Assembly (NCBI GenBank): GCA_964057225.1
Contig: OZ059894.1
Location: forward strand, 23,064,001-23,128,000
DNA from: Auanema rhodensis
Lineage: Eukaryota > Animalia > Nematoda
Direction: 5' to 3'
Length of the DNA stretch: 64,000 nt
Part shown: one piece after another, positions 1-14,200 of the stretch
Numbering within the stretch: position 1 is the first letter of the stretch
Layout of the letters: each line of letters starts with the position of its first letter
Position numbers and translations under genes: made by a program
The notes under the pieces: model-generated
Database searches by the model: none
The model's input: the letters and a program-made list of their open reading frames with translations, nothing else
What the model was told of the DNA's origin: nothing

Positions 1-50
1 TTTAGGGTGAAAATCGAGGATATAAGTGTGAACTTATATCAGTCGATATC

Positions 51-117
51 TCGGTGCATTTTTAAGCTAGCGCAAATCTGATAACACAGATCGACGCAGC
101 TTAAAAATCCGCATCGA
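51..117. other. 67-nt imperfect inverted repeat (hairpin) present in every SatA monomer; first copy shown
   Basis: TCGGTGC(51-57) pairs with GCATCGA(111-117) with one G:T. ATTTTTAAGCT(58-68) pairs with AGCTTAAAAAT(98-108). GCG(70-72) pairs with CGC(95-97). ATCTG(76-80) pairs with CAGAT(87-91). The loop is 6 nt. Confidence 0.85.
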
Positions 118-3100
118 ATGCACTATACTACATTGAGAAACGCTTAATACACAAATTAGTTATGATCGTTTGAAAAATGATGCATTAGTGTATGTTGAGT
201 TTCCATGTACACTCAATATTGCTTCCAAAAACATTTTGACAAAAATTTTTTCGAAAAATTTCAAAAGAATTTAGCAAAAAGTAGATGTTTTTAGATTCCA
301 TTTTTCAAGGCAAAGACGATAGACAATGTTATTCAACGAAAAAATTAATTCTTTAGGGTGAAAATCGAGGATATAAGTGTGAACTTATATCAGTTGATAT
401 CTCGGTGCATTTTTAGGCTAGCGCAAATCTGATCACACAGATCGACGCAGCTTAAAAATCCGCATCGAATGCACTATACTACATTGAGAAACGCTTAATA
501 CACAAATTAGTTATGATCGTTTGAAAAATGATGCATTAGTGTATGTTGAGTTTCCATGTACACTCAATATTGCTTCCAAAAACATTTTGACAAAAATTTT
601 TTCGAAAAATTTCAAAAGAATTTAGCAAAAAGTAGATGTTTTTAGATTCCATTTTTCAAGGCAAAGACGATAGACAATGTTATTCAACGAAAAAATTAAT
701 TCTTTAGGGTGAAAATCGAGGATATAAGTGTGAACTTATATCAGTCGATATCTCGGTGCATTTTTAAGCTAGCGCAAATCTGATAACACAGATCGACGCA
801 GCTTAAAAATCCGCATCGAATGCACTATACTACATTGAGAAACGCTTAATACACAAATTAGTTATGATCGTTTGAAAAATGATGCATTAGTGTATGTTGA
901 GTTTCCATGTACACTCAATATTGCTTCCAAAAACATTTTGACAAAAATTTTTTCGAAAAATTTCAAAAGAATTTAGCAAAAAGTAGATGTTTTTAGATTC
1001 CATTTTTCAAGGCAAAGACGATAGACAATGTTATTCAACGAAAAAATTAATTCTTTAGGGTGAAAATCGAGGATATAAGTGTGAACTTATATCAGTTGAT
1101 ATCTCGGTGCATTTTTAAGCTAGCGCAAATCTGATAACACAGATCGACGCAGCTTAAAAATCCGCATCGAATGCACTATACTACATTGAGAAACGCTTAA
1201 TACACAAATTAGTTATGATCGTTTGAAAAATGATGCATTAGTGTATGTTGAGTTTCCATGTACACTCAATATTGCTTCCAAAAACATTTTGACAAAAATT
1301 TTTTCGAAAAATTTCAAAAGAATTTAGCAAAAAGTAGATGTTTTTAGATTCCATTTTTCAAGGCAAAGACGATAGACAATGTTATTCAACGAAAAAATTA
1401 ATTCTTTAGGGTGAAAATCGAGGATATAAGTGTGAACTTATATCAGTCGATATCTCGGTGCATTTTTAAGCTAGCGCAAATCTGATCACACAGATCGACG
1501 CAGCTTAAAAATCCGCATCGAATGCACTATACTACATTGAGAAACGCTTAATACACAAATTAGTTATGATCGTTTGAAAAATGATGCATTAGTGTATGTT
1601 GAGTTTCCATGTACACTCAATATTGCTTCCAAAAACATTTTGACAAAAATTTTTTCGAAAAATTTCGAAAGAATTTAGCAAAAAGTAGATGTTTTTAGAT
1701 TCCATTTTTCAAGGCAAAGACGATAGACAATGTTATGCAACGAAAAAATTAATTCTTTAGGGTGAAAATCGAGGATATAAGTGTGAACATATATCAGTTG
1801 ATATCTCGGTGCATTTTTAAGCTAGCGCAAATCTGATAACACAGATCGACGCAGCTTAAAAATCCGCATCGAATGCACTATACTACATTGAGAAACGCTT
1901 AATACACAAATTAGTTATGATCGTTTGAAAAATGATGCATTAGTGTATGTTGAGTTTCCATGTACACTCAATATTGCTTCCAAAAACATTTTGACAAAAA
2001 TTTTTTCGAAAAATTTCAAAAGAATTTAGCAAAAAGTAGATGTTTTTAGATTCCATTTTTCAAGGCAAAGACGATAGACAATGTTATGCAACGAAAAAAT
2101 TAATTCTTTAGGGTGAAAATCGAGGATATAAGTGTGAACATATATCAGTTGATATCTCGGTGCATTTTTAAGCTAGCGCAAATCTGATAACACAGATCGA
2201 CGCAGCTTAAAAATCCGCATCGAATGCACTATACTACATTGAGAAACGCTTAATACACAAATTAGTTATGATCGTTTGAAAAATGATGCATTAGTGTATG
2301 TTGAGTTTCCATGTACACTCAATATTGCTTCCAAAAACATTTTGACAAAAATTTTTTCGAAAAATTTCAAAAGAATTTAGCAAAAAGTAGATGTTTTTAG
2401 ATTCCATTTTTCAAGGCAAAGACGATAGACAATGTTATGCAACGAAAAAATTAATTCTTTAGGGTGAAAATCGAGGATATAAGTGTGAACTTATATCAGT
2501 TGATATCTCGGTGCATTTTTAAGCTAGCGCAAATCTGATAACACAGATCCACGCAGCTTAAAAATCCGCATCGAATGCACTATACTACATTGAGAAACGC
2601 TTGATACAAAAATTAGTTATGATCGTTTGAAAAATGATGCATTAGTGTATGTTGAGTTTCCATGTACACTCAACATTGCTTCCAAAAACATTTTGACAAA
2701 AATTTTTTCGAAAAACTTCAAAAGAATTTAGCAAAAAGTAGATGTTTTTAGATTCCATTTTTCAAGGCAAAGACGATAGACAATGTTATTCAACGAAAAA
2801 ATTAATTCTTTAGGGTGAAAATCGAGGATATAAGTGTGAACTTATATCAGTTGATATCTCGGTGCATTTTTAAGCTAGCGCAAATCTGATCACACAGATC
2901 GACGCAGCTTAAAAATCCGCATCGAATGCACTATACTACATTGAGAAACGCTTAATACACAAATTAGTTATGATTGTTTGAAAAATGATGCATTAGTGTA
3001 TGTTGAGTTTCCATGTACACTCAATATTGCTTCCAAAAACATTTTGACAAAAATTTTTTCGAAAAATTTCAAAAGAATTTAGCAAAAAGTAGATGTTTTT

Positions 3101-3861
3101 AGATTCCATTTTTCAAGGCAAAGACGATAGACAATGTTATGCAACGAAAAAATTAATTCTTTAGGGTGAAAATCGAGGATATAAGTGTGAACATATATCA
3201 GTTGATATCTCGGTGCATTTTTAAGCTAGCGCAAATCTGATAACACAGATCGACGCAGCTTAAAAATCCGCATCGAATGCACTATACTACATTGAGAAAC
3301 GCTTAATACACAAATTAGTTATGATCGTTTGAAAAATGATGCATTAGTGTATGTTGAGTTTCCATGTACACTCAATATTGCTTCCAAAAACATTTTGACA
3401 AAAATTTTTTCGAAAAATTTCAAAAGAATTTAGCAAAAAGTAGATGTTTTTAGATTCCATTTTTCAAGGCAAAGACGATAGACAATGTTATTCAACGAAA
3501 AAATTAATTCTTTAGGGTGAAAATCGAGGATATAAGTGTGAACTTATATCAGTTGATATCTCGGTGCATTTTTAAGCTAGCGCAAATCTGATAACACAGA
3601 TCGACGCAGCTTAAAAATCCGCATCGAATGCACTATACTACATTGAGAAACGCTTAATACACAAATTAGTTATGATCGTTTGAAAAATGATGCATTAGTG
3701 TATGTTGAGTTTCCATGTACACTCAATATTGCTTCCAAAAACATTTTGACAAAAATTTTTTCGAAAAATTTCAAAAGAATTTAGCCAAAAGTAGATGTTT
3801 TTAGATTCCATTTTTCAAGGCAAAGACGATAGACAATGTTATGCAACGAAAAAATTAATTC

Positions 3862-6800
3862 TTTAGGGTGAAAATCGAGGATATAAGTGTGAACTTATAT
3901 CAGTTGATATCTCGGTGCATTTTTAAGCTAGCGCAAATCTGATCACACAGATCGACGCAGCTTAAAAATCCGCATCGAATGCACTATACTACATTGAGAA
4001 ACGCTTAATACACAAATTAGTTATGATCGTTTGAAAAATGATGCATTAGTGTATGTTGAGTTTCCATGTACACTCAATATTGCTTCCAAAAACATTTTGA
4101 CAAAAATTTTTTCGAAAAATTTCAAAAGAATTTAGCCAAAAGTAGATGTTTTTAGATTCCATTTTTTAAGGCAAAGACGATAGACAATGTTATGCAACGA
4201 AAAAATTAATTCTTTAGGGTGAAAATCGAGGATATAAGTGTGAACTTATATCAGTTGATATCTCGGTGCATTTTTAAGCTAGCGCAAATCTGATCACACA
4301 GATCGACGCAGCTTAAAAATCCGCATCGAATGCACTATACTACATTGAGAAACGCTTAATACACAAATTAGTTATGATCGTTTGAAAAATGATGCATTAG
4401 TGTATGTTGAGTTTCCATGTACACTCAATATTGCTTCCAAAAACATTTTGACAAAAATTTTTTCGAAAAATTTCAAAAGAATTTAGCAAAAAGTAGATGT
4501 TTTTAGATTCCATTTTTCAAGGCAAAGACGATAGACAATGTTATGCAACGAAAAAATTAATTCTTTAGGGTGAAAATCGAGGATATAAGTGTGAACTTAT
4601 ATCAGTTGATATCTCGGTGCATTTTTAAGCTAGCGCAAATCTGATCACACAGATCGACGCAGCTTAAAAATCCGCATCGAATGCACTATACTACATTGAG
4701 AAACGCTTAATACACAAATTAGTTATGATCGTTTGAAAAATGATGCATTAGTGTATGTTGAGTTTCCATGTACACTCAATATTGCTTCCAAAAACATTTT
4801 GACAAAAATTTTTTCGAAAAATTTCAAAAGAATTTAGCAAAAAGTAGATGTTTTTAGATTCCATTTTTCAAGGCAAAGACGATAGACAATGTTATGCAAC
4901 GAAAAAATTAATTCTTTAGGGTGAAAATCGAGGATATAAGTGTGAACTTATATCAGTTGATATCTCGGTGCATTTTTAAGCTAGCGCAAATCTGATCACA
5001 CAGATCGACGCAGCTTAAAAATCCGCATCGAATGCACTATACTACATTGAGAAACGCTCAATACACAAATTAGTTATGATCGTTTGAAAAATGATGCATT
5101 AGTGTATGTTGAGTTTCCATGTACACTCAATATTGCTTCCAAAAACATTTTGACAAAAAGTTTTTCGAAAAATTTCAAAAGAATTTAGCAAAAAGTAGAT
5201 GTTTTTAGATTCCATTTTTCAAGGCAAAGACGATAGACAATGTTATGCAACGAAAAAATTAATTCTTTAGGGTGAAAATCGAGGATATAAGTGTGAACAT
5301 ATATCAGTTGATATCTCGGTGCATTTTTAAGCTAGCGCAAATCTGATAACACAGATCGACGCAGCTTAAAAATCCGCATCGAATGCACTATACTACATTG
5401 AGAAACGCTTAATACAAAAATTAGTTATGATCGTTTGAAAAATGATGCATTAGTGTATGTTGAGTTTCCATGTACACTCAATATTGCTTCCAAAAACATT
5501 TTGACAAAAATTTTTTCGAAAAATTTCAAAAGAATTCAGCAAAAAGTAGATGTTTTTAGATTCCATTTTTCAAGGCAAAGACGATAGACAATGTTATGCA
5601 ACGAAAAAATTAATTCTTTAGGGTGAAAATCGAGGATATAAGTGTGAACTTATATCAGTTGATATCTCGGTGCATTTTTAAGCTAGCGCAAATCTGATCA
5701 CACAGATCGACGCAGCTTAAAAATCCGCATCGAATGCACTATACTACATTGAGAAACGCTTAATACACAAATTAGTTATGATCGTTTGAAAAATGATGCA
5801 TTAGTGTATGTTGAGTTTCCATGTACACTCAATATTGCTTCCAAAAACATTTTGACAAAAATTTTTTCGAAAAATTTCAAAAGAATTTAGCAAAAAGTAG
5901 ATGTTTTTAGATTCCATTTTTCAAGGCAAAGACGATAGACAATGTTATTCAACGAAAAAATTAATTCTTTAGGGTGAAAATCGAGGATATAAGTGTGAAC
6001 TTATATCAGTTGATATCTCGGTGCATTTTTAAGCTAGCGCAAATCTGATCACACAGATCGACGCAGCTTAAAAATCCGCATCGAATGCACTATACTACAT
6101 TGAGAAACGCTTAATACACAAATTAGTTATGATCGTTTGAAAAATGATGCATTATTGTATGTTGAGTTTCCATGTACACTCAATATTGCTTCCAAAAACA
6201 TTTTGACAAAAATTTTTTCGAAAAATTTCAAAAGAATTTAGCAAAAAGTAGATGTTTTTAGATTCCATTTTTCAAGGCAAAGACGATAGACAATGTTATT
6301 CAACGAAAAAATTAATTCTTTAGGGTGAAAATCGAGGATATAAGTGTGAACTTATATCAGTTGATATCTCGGTGCATTTTTAAGCTAGCGCAAATCTGAT
6401 CACACAGATCGACGCAGCTTAAAAATCCGCATCGAATGCACTATACTACATTGAGAAACGCTTAATACACAAATTAGTTATGATCGTTTGAAAAATGATG
6501 CATTAGTGTATGTTGAGTTTCCATGTACACTCAATATTGCTTCCAAAAACATTTTGACAAAAATTTTTTCGAAAAATTTCAAAAGAATTTAGCCAAAAGT
6601 AGATGTTTTTAGATTCCATTTTTTAAGGCAAAGACGATAGACAATGTTATGCAACGAAAAAATTAATTCTTTAGGGTGAAAATCGAGGATATAAGTGTGA
6701 ACTTATATCAGTTGATATCTCGGTGCATTTTTAAGCTAGCGCAAATCTGATCACACAGATCGACGCAGCTTAAAAATCCGCATCGAATGCACTATACTAC

Positions 6801-8775
6801 ATTGAGAAACGCTTAATACACAAATTAGTTATGATCGTTTGAAAAATGATGCATTAGTGTATGTTGAGTTTCCATGTACACTCAATATTGCTTCCAAAAA
6901 CATTTTGACAAAAATTTTTTCGAAAAATTTCAAAAGAATTTAGCAAAAAGTAGATGTTTTTAGATTCCATTTTTCAAGGCAAAGACGATAGACAATGTTA
7001 TGCAACGAAAAAATTAATTCTTTAGGGTGAAAATCGAGGATATAAGTGTGAACTTATATCAGTTGATATCTCGGTGCATTTTTAAGCTAGCGCAAATCTG
7101 ATCACACAGATCGACGCAGCTTAAAAATCCGCATCGAATGCACTATACTACATTGAGAAACGCTTAATACACAAATTAGTTATGATCGTTTGAAAAATGA
7201 TGCATTAGTGTATGTTGAGTTTCCATGTACACTCAATATTGCTTCCAAAAACATTTTGACAAAAATTTTTTCGAAAAATTTCAAAAGAATTTAGCAAAAA
7301 GTAGATGTTTTTAGATTCCATTTTTCAAGGCAAAGACGATAGACAATGTTATGCAACGAAAAAATTAATTCTTTAGGGTGAAAATCGAGGATATAAGTGT
7401 GAACTTATATCAGTTGATATCTCGGTGCATTTTTAAGCTAGCGCAAATCTGATCACACAGATCGACGCAGCTTAAAAATCCGCATCGAATGCACTATACT
7501 ACATTGAGAAACGCTCAATACACAAATTAGTTATGATCGTTTGAAAAATGATGCATTAGTGTATGTTGAGTTTCCATGTACACTCAATATTGCTTCCAAA
7601 AACATTTTGACAAAAAGTTTTTCGAAAAATTTCAAAAGAATTTAGCAAAAAGTAGATGTTTTTAGATTCCATTTTTCAAGGCAAAGACGATAGACAATGT
7701 TATGCAACGAAAAAATTAATTCTTTAGGGTGAAAATCGAGGATATAAGTGTGAACATATATCAGTTGATATCTCGGTGCATTTTTAAGCTAGCGCAAATC
7801 TGATAACACAGATCGACGCAGCTTAAAAATCCGCATCGAATGCACTATACTACATTGAGAAACGCTTAATACAAAAATTAGTTATGATCGTTTGAAAAAT
7901 GATGCATTAGTGTATGTTGAGTTTCCATGTACACTCAATATTGCTTCCAAAAACATTTTGACAAAAATTTTTTCGAAAAATTTCAAAAGAATTTAGCAAA
8001 AAGTAGATGTTTTTAGATTCCATTTTTCAAGGCAAAGACGATAGACAATGTTATGCAACGAAAAAATTAATTCTTTAGGGTGAAAATCGAGGATATAAGT
8101 GTGAACTTATATCAGTTGATATCTCGGTGCATTTTTAAGCTAGCGCAAATCTGATCACACAGATCGACGCAGCTTAAAAATCCGCATCGAATGCACTATA
8201 CTACATTGAGAAACGCTTAATACACAAATTAGTTATGATCGTTTGAAAAATGATGCATTAGTGTATGTTGAGTTTCCATGTACACTCAATATTGCTTCCA
8301 AAAACATTTTGACAAAAATTTTTTCGAAAAATTTCAAAAGAATTTAGCAAAAAGTAGATGTTTTTAGATTCCATTTTTCAAGGCAAAGACGATAGACAAT
8401 GTTATTCAACGAAAAAATTAATTCTTTAGGGTGAAAATCGAGGATATAAGTGTGAACTTATATCAGTTGATATCTCGGTGCATTTTTAAGCTAGCGCAAA
8501 TCTGATCACACAGATCGACGCAGCTTAAAAATCCGCATCGAATGCACTATACTACATTGAGAAACGCTTAATACACAAATTAGTTATGATCGTTTGAAAA
8601 ATGATGCATTATTGTATGTTGAGTTTCCATGTACACTCAATATTGCTTCCAAAAACATTTTGACAAAAATTTTTTCGAAAAATTTCAAAAGAATTTAGCA
8701 AAAAGTAGATGTTTTTAGATTCCATTTTTCAAGGCAAAGACGATAGACAATGTTATTCAACGAAAAAATTAATTC
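3862..8775 (+). repeat. SatA 7-mer higher-order tandem duplication (2 x 2457 bp); third copy at about 14392-16848
   Basis: Diagnostic variants repeat in the same order at identical offsets: TAGCCAAAAG (~4136, 6593, 14666), AAAAGTTTT (5160, 7617, 15690) and CATTATTG (~6155, 8612, 16685). Confidence 0.85.
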
Positions 8776-11232
8776 TTTAGGGTGAAAATCGAGGATATAA
8801 GTGTGAACTTATATCAGTTGATATCTCGGTGCATTTTTAAGCTAGCGCAAATCTGATCACACAGATCGACGCAGCTTAAAAATCCGCATCGAATGCACTA
8901 TACTACATTGAGAAACGCTTAATACACAAATTAGTTATGATCGTTTGAAAAATGATGCATTAGTGTATGTTGAGTTTCCATGTACACTCAATATTGCTTC
9001 CAAAAACATTTTGACAAAAATTTTTTCGAAAAATTTCAAAAGAATTTAGCAAAAAGTAGATGTTTTTAGATTCCATTTTTCAAGGCAAAGACGATAGACA
9101 ATGTTATTCAACGAAAAAATTAATTCTTTAGGGTGAAAATCGAGGATATAAGTGTGAACTTATATCAGTTGATATCTCGGTGCATTTTTAAGCTAGCGCA
9201 AATCTGATCACACAGATCGACGCAGCTTAAAAATCCGCATCGAATGCACTATACTACATTGAGAAACGCTTAATACACAAATTAGTTATGATCGTTTGAA
9301 AAATGATGCATTATTGTATGTTGAGTTTCCATGTACACTCAATATTGCTTCCAAAAACATTTTGACAAAAATTTTTTCGAAAAATTTCAAAAGAATTTAG
9401 CAAAAAGTAGATGTTTTTAGATTCCATTTTTCAAGGCAAAGACGATAGACAATGTTATTCAACGAAAAAATTAATTCTTTAGGGTGAAAATCGAGGATAT
9501 AAGTGTGAACTTATATCAGTTGATATCTCGGTGCATTTTTAAGCTAGCGCAAATCTGATCACACAGATCGACGCAGCTTAAAAATCCGCATCGAATGCAC
9601 TATACTACATTGAGAAACGCTTAATACACAAATTAGTTATGATCGTTTGAAAAATGATGCATTAGTGTATGTTGAGTTTCCATGTACACTCAATATTGCT
9701 TCCAAAAACATTTTGACAAAAATTTTTTCGAAAAATTTCAAAAGAATTTAGCAAAAAGTAGATGTTTTTAGATTCCATTTTTCAAGGCAAAGACGATAGA
9801 CAATGTTATTCAACGAAAAAATTAATTCTTTAGGGTGAAAATCGAGGATATAAGTGTGAACTTATATCAGTTGATATCTCGGTGCATTTTTAAGCTAGCG
9901 CAAATCTGATCACACAGATTGACGCAGCTTAAAAATCCGCATCGAATGCACTATACTACATTGAGAAACGCTTAATACACAAATTAGTTATGATCGTTTG
10001 AAAAATGATGCATTAGTGTATGTTGAGTTTCCATGTACACTCAATATTGCTTCCAAAAACATTTTGACAAAAATTTTTTCGAAAAATTTCAAAAGAATTT
10101 AGCAAAAAGTAGATGTTTTTAGATTCCATTTTTCAAGGCAAAGACGATAGACAATGTTATGCAACGAAAAAATTAATTCTTTAGGGTGAAAATCGAGGAT
10201 ATAAGTGTGAACATATATCAGTTGATATCTCGGTGCATTTTTAAGCTAGCGCAAATCTGATAACACAGATCGACGCAGCTTAAAAATCCGCATCGAATGC
10301 ACTATACTACATTGAGAAACGCTTAATACAAAAATTAGTTATGATCGTTTGAAAAATGATGCATTAGTGTATGTTGAGTTTCCATGTACACTCAACATTG
10401 CTTCCAAAAACATTTTGACAAAAATTTTTTCGAAAAATTTCAAAAGAATTTAGCAAAAAGTAGATGTTTTTAGATTCCATTTTTCAAGGCAAAGACGATA
10501 GACAATGTTATGCAACGAAAAAATTAATTCTTTAGGGTGAAAATCGAGGATATAAGTGTGAACATATATCAGTTGATATCTCGGTGCATTTTTAAGCTAG
10601 CGCAAATCTGATCACACAGATTGACGCAGCTTAAAAATCCGCATCGAATGCACTATACTACATTGAGAAACGCTTAATACACAAATTAGTTATGATCGTT
10701 TGAAAAATGATGCATTAGTGTATGTTGAGTTTCCATGTACACTCAATATTGCTTCCAAAAACATTTTGACAAAAATTTTTTCGAAAAATTTCAAAAGAAT
10801 TTAGCAAAAAGTAGATGTTTTTAGATTCCATTTTTCAAGGCAAAGACGATAGACAATGTTATTCAACGAAAAAATTAATTCTTTAGGGTGAAAATCGAGG
10901 ATATAAGTGTGAACATATATCAGTTGATATCTCGGTGCATTTTTAAGCTAGCGCAAATCTGATCACACAGATCGACGCAGCTTAAAAATCCGCATCGAAT
11001 GCACTATACTACATTGAGAAACGCTTAATACACAAATTAGTTATGATCGTTTGAAAAATGATGCATTAGTGTATGTTGAGTTTCCATGTACAATCAACAT
11101 TGCTTCCAAAAACATTTTGACAAAAATTTTTTCGAAAAATTTCAAAAGAATTAAGCAAAAAGTAGATGTTTTTAGATTCCATTTTTCAAGGCAAAGACGA
11201 TAGACAATGTTATTCAACGAAAAAATTAATTC

Positions 11233-14200
11233 TTTAGGGTGAAAATCGAGGATATAAGTGTGAACTTATATCAGTTGATATCTCGGTGCATTTTTAAGCT
11301 AGCGCAAATCTGATCACACAGATCGACGCAGCTTAAAAATCCGCATCGAATGCACTATACTACATTGAGAAACGCTCAATACACAAATTAGTTATGATCG
11401 TTTGAAAAATGATGCATTAGTGTATGTTGAGTTTCCATGTACACTCAATATTGCTTCCAAAAACATTTTGACAAAAATTTTTTCGAAAAATTTCAAAAGA
11501 ATTTAGCAAAAAGTAGATGTTTTTAGATTCCATTTTTCAAGGCAAAGACGATAGACAATGTTATTCAACGAAAAAATTAATTCTTTAGGGTGAAAATCGA
11601 GGATATAAGTGTGAACATATATCAGTTGATATCTCGGTGCATTTTTAAGCTAGCGCAAATCTGATCACACAGATCGACGCAGCTTAAAAATCCGCATCGA
11701 ATGCACTATACTACATTGAGAAACGCTTAATACACAAATTAGTTATGATCGTTTGAAAAATGATGCATTAGTGTATGTTGAGTTTCCATGTACAATCAAC
11801 ATTGCTTCCAAAAACATTTTGACAAAAATTTTTTCGAAAAATTTCAAAAGAATTTAGCCAAAAGTAGATGTTTTTAGATTCCATTTTTTAAGGCAAAGAC
11901 GATAGACAATGTTATGCAACGAAAAAATTAATTCTTTAGGGTGAAAATCGAGGATATAAGTGTGAACTTATATCAGTTGATATCTCGGTGCATTTTTAAG
12001 CTAGCGCAAATCTGATCACACAGATCGACGCAGCTTAAAAATCCGCATCGAATGCACTATACTACATTGAGAAACGCTTAATACACAAATTAGTTATGAT
12101 CGTTTGAAAAATGATGCATTATTGTATGTTGAGTTTCCATGTACACTCAATATTGCTTCCAAAAACATTTTGACAAAAATTTTTTCGAAAAATTTCAAAA
12201 GAATTTAGCAAAAAGTAGATGTTTTTAGATTCCATTTTTCAAGGCAAAGACGATAGACAATGTTATTCAACGAAAAAATTAATTCTTTAGGGTGAAAATC
12301 GAGGATATAAGTGTGAACTTATATCAGTTGATATCTCGGTGCATTTTTAAGCTAGCGCAAATCTGATCACACAGATCGACGCAGCTTAAAAATCCGCATC
12401 GAATGCACTATACTACATTGAGAAACGCTTAATACACAAATTAGTTATGATCGTTTGAAAAATGATGCATTAGTGTATGTTGAGTTTCCATGTACACTCA
12501 ATATTGCTTCCAAAAACATTTTGACAAAAATTTTTTCGAAAAATTTCAAAAGAATTTAGCCAAAAGTAGATGTTTTTAGATTCCATTTTTTAAGGCAAAG
12601 ACGATAGACAATGTTATGCAACGAAAAAATTAATTCTTTAGGGTGAAAATCGAGGATATAAGTGTGAACTTATATCAGTTGATATCTCGGTGCATTTTTA
12701 AGCTAGCGCAAATCTGATCACACAGATCGACGCAGCTTAAAAATCCGCATCGAATGCACTATACTACATTGAGAAACGCTTAATACACAAATTAGTTATG
12801 ATCGTTTGAAAAATGATGCATTAGTGTATGTTGAGTTTCCATGTACACTCAATATTGCTTCCAAAAACATTTTGACAAAAATTTTTTCGAAAAATTTCAA
12901 AAGAATTTAGCAAAAAGTAGATGTTTTTAGATTCCATTTTTCAAGGCAAAGACGATAGACAATGTTATGCAACGAAAAAATTAATTCTTTAGGGTGAAAA
13001 TCAAGGATATAAGTGTGAACTTATATCAGTTGATATCTCGGTGCATTTTTAAGCTAGCGCAAATCTGATCACACAGATCGACGCAGCTTAAAAATCCGCA
13101 TCGAATGCACTATACTACATTGAGAAACGCTTAATACACAAATTAGTTATGATCGTTTGAAAAATGATGCATTAGTGTATGTTGAGTTTCCATGTACACT
13201 CAATATTGCTTCCAAAAACATTTTGACAAAAATTTTTTCGAAAAATTTCAAAAGAATTTAGCAAAAAGTAGATGTTTTTAGATTCCATTTTTCAAGGCAA
13301 AGACGATAGACAATGTTATGCAACGAAAAAATTAATTCTTTAGGGTGAAAATCGAGGATATAAGTGTGAACTTATATCAGTTGATATCTCGGTGCATTTT
13401 TAAGCTAGCGCAAATCTGATCACACAGATCGACGCAGCTTAAAAATCCGCATCGAATGCACTATACTACATTGAGAAACGCTCAATACACAAATTAGTTA
13501 TGATCGTTTGAAAAATGATGCATTAGTGTATGTTGAGTTTCCATGTACACTCAATATTGCTTCCAAAAACATTTTGACAAAAATTTTTTCGAAAAATTTC
13601 AAAAGAATTTAGCAAAAAGTAGATGTTTTTAGATTCCATTTTTCAAGGCAAAGACGATAGACAATGTTATTCAACGAAAAAATTAATTCTTTAGGGTGAA
13701 AATCGAGGATATAAGTGTGAACATATATCAGTTGATATCTCGGTGCATTTTTAAGCTAGCGCAAATCTGATCACACAGATCGACGCAGCTTAAAAATCCG
13801 CATCGAATGCACTATACTACATTGAGAAACGCTTAATACACAAATTAGTTATGATCGTTTGAAAAATGATGCATTAGTGTATGTTGAGTTTCCATGTACA
13901 ATCAACATTGCTTCCAAAAACATTTTGACAAAAATTTTTTCGAAAAATTTCAAAAGAATTTAGCCAAAAGTAGATGTTTTTAGATTCCATTTTTTAAGGC
14001 AAAGACGATAGACAATGTTATGCAACGAAAAAATTAATTCTTTAGGGTGAAAATCGAGGATATAAGTGTGAACTTATATCAGTTGATATCTCGGTGCATT
14101 TTTAAGCTAGCGCAAATCTGATCACACAGATCGACGCAGCTTAAAAATCCGCATCGAATGCACTATACTACATTGAGAAACGCTTAATACACAAATTAGT

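Noticed and set aside
1-7. Plant-type telomere motif TTTAGGG at the SatA monomer start
   Set aside because: It is a single heptamer per 351 bp, never tandem, and is mutated to TTCAGGG in a sub-family. Chance is a sufficient explanation.
78-140. Possible satellite-encoded hammerhead ribozyme (CTGAT...GAAA)
   Set aside because: The core needs CUGANGA. The sequence has CTGATCA/CTGATAA (and CTGATAT on the - strand), and I could not build the three-stem junction.
249-265. CENP-B box-like TTCGAAAAA
   Set aside because: It matches TTCG....A only and lacks the required CGGG half.
227-305. Helically phased A-tracts (intrinsic curvature)
   Set aside because: A-tract starts are spaced 14, 13, 9 and 13 bp, not a clean ~10.5-bp phase. 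This cannot be supported without a curvature calculation.
1-351. SatA as a diverged dimer of SatB or of an internal ~176-bp unit
   Set aside because: Only short shared words are seen (TGTTTTTAGA, AAATTTCAAA, TTAGATTCC, ATGTACAC, GTGAACTT, CCGCATC). They occur in mixed orientations at about the chance level for AT-rich DNA, and the two halves of SatA do not align convincingly.
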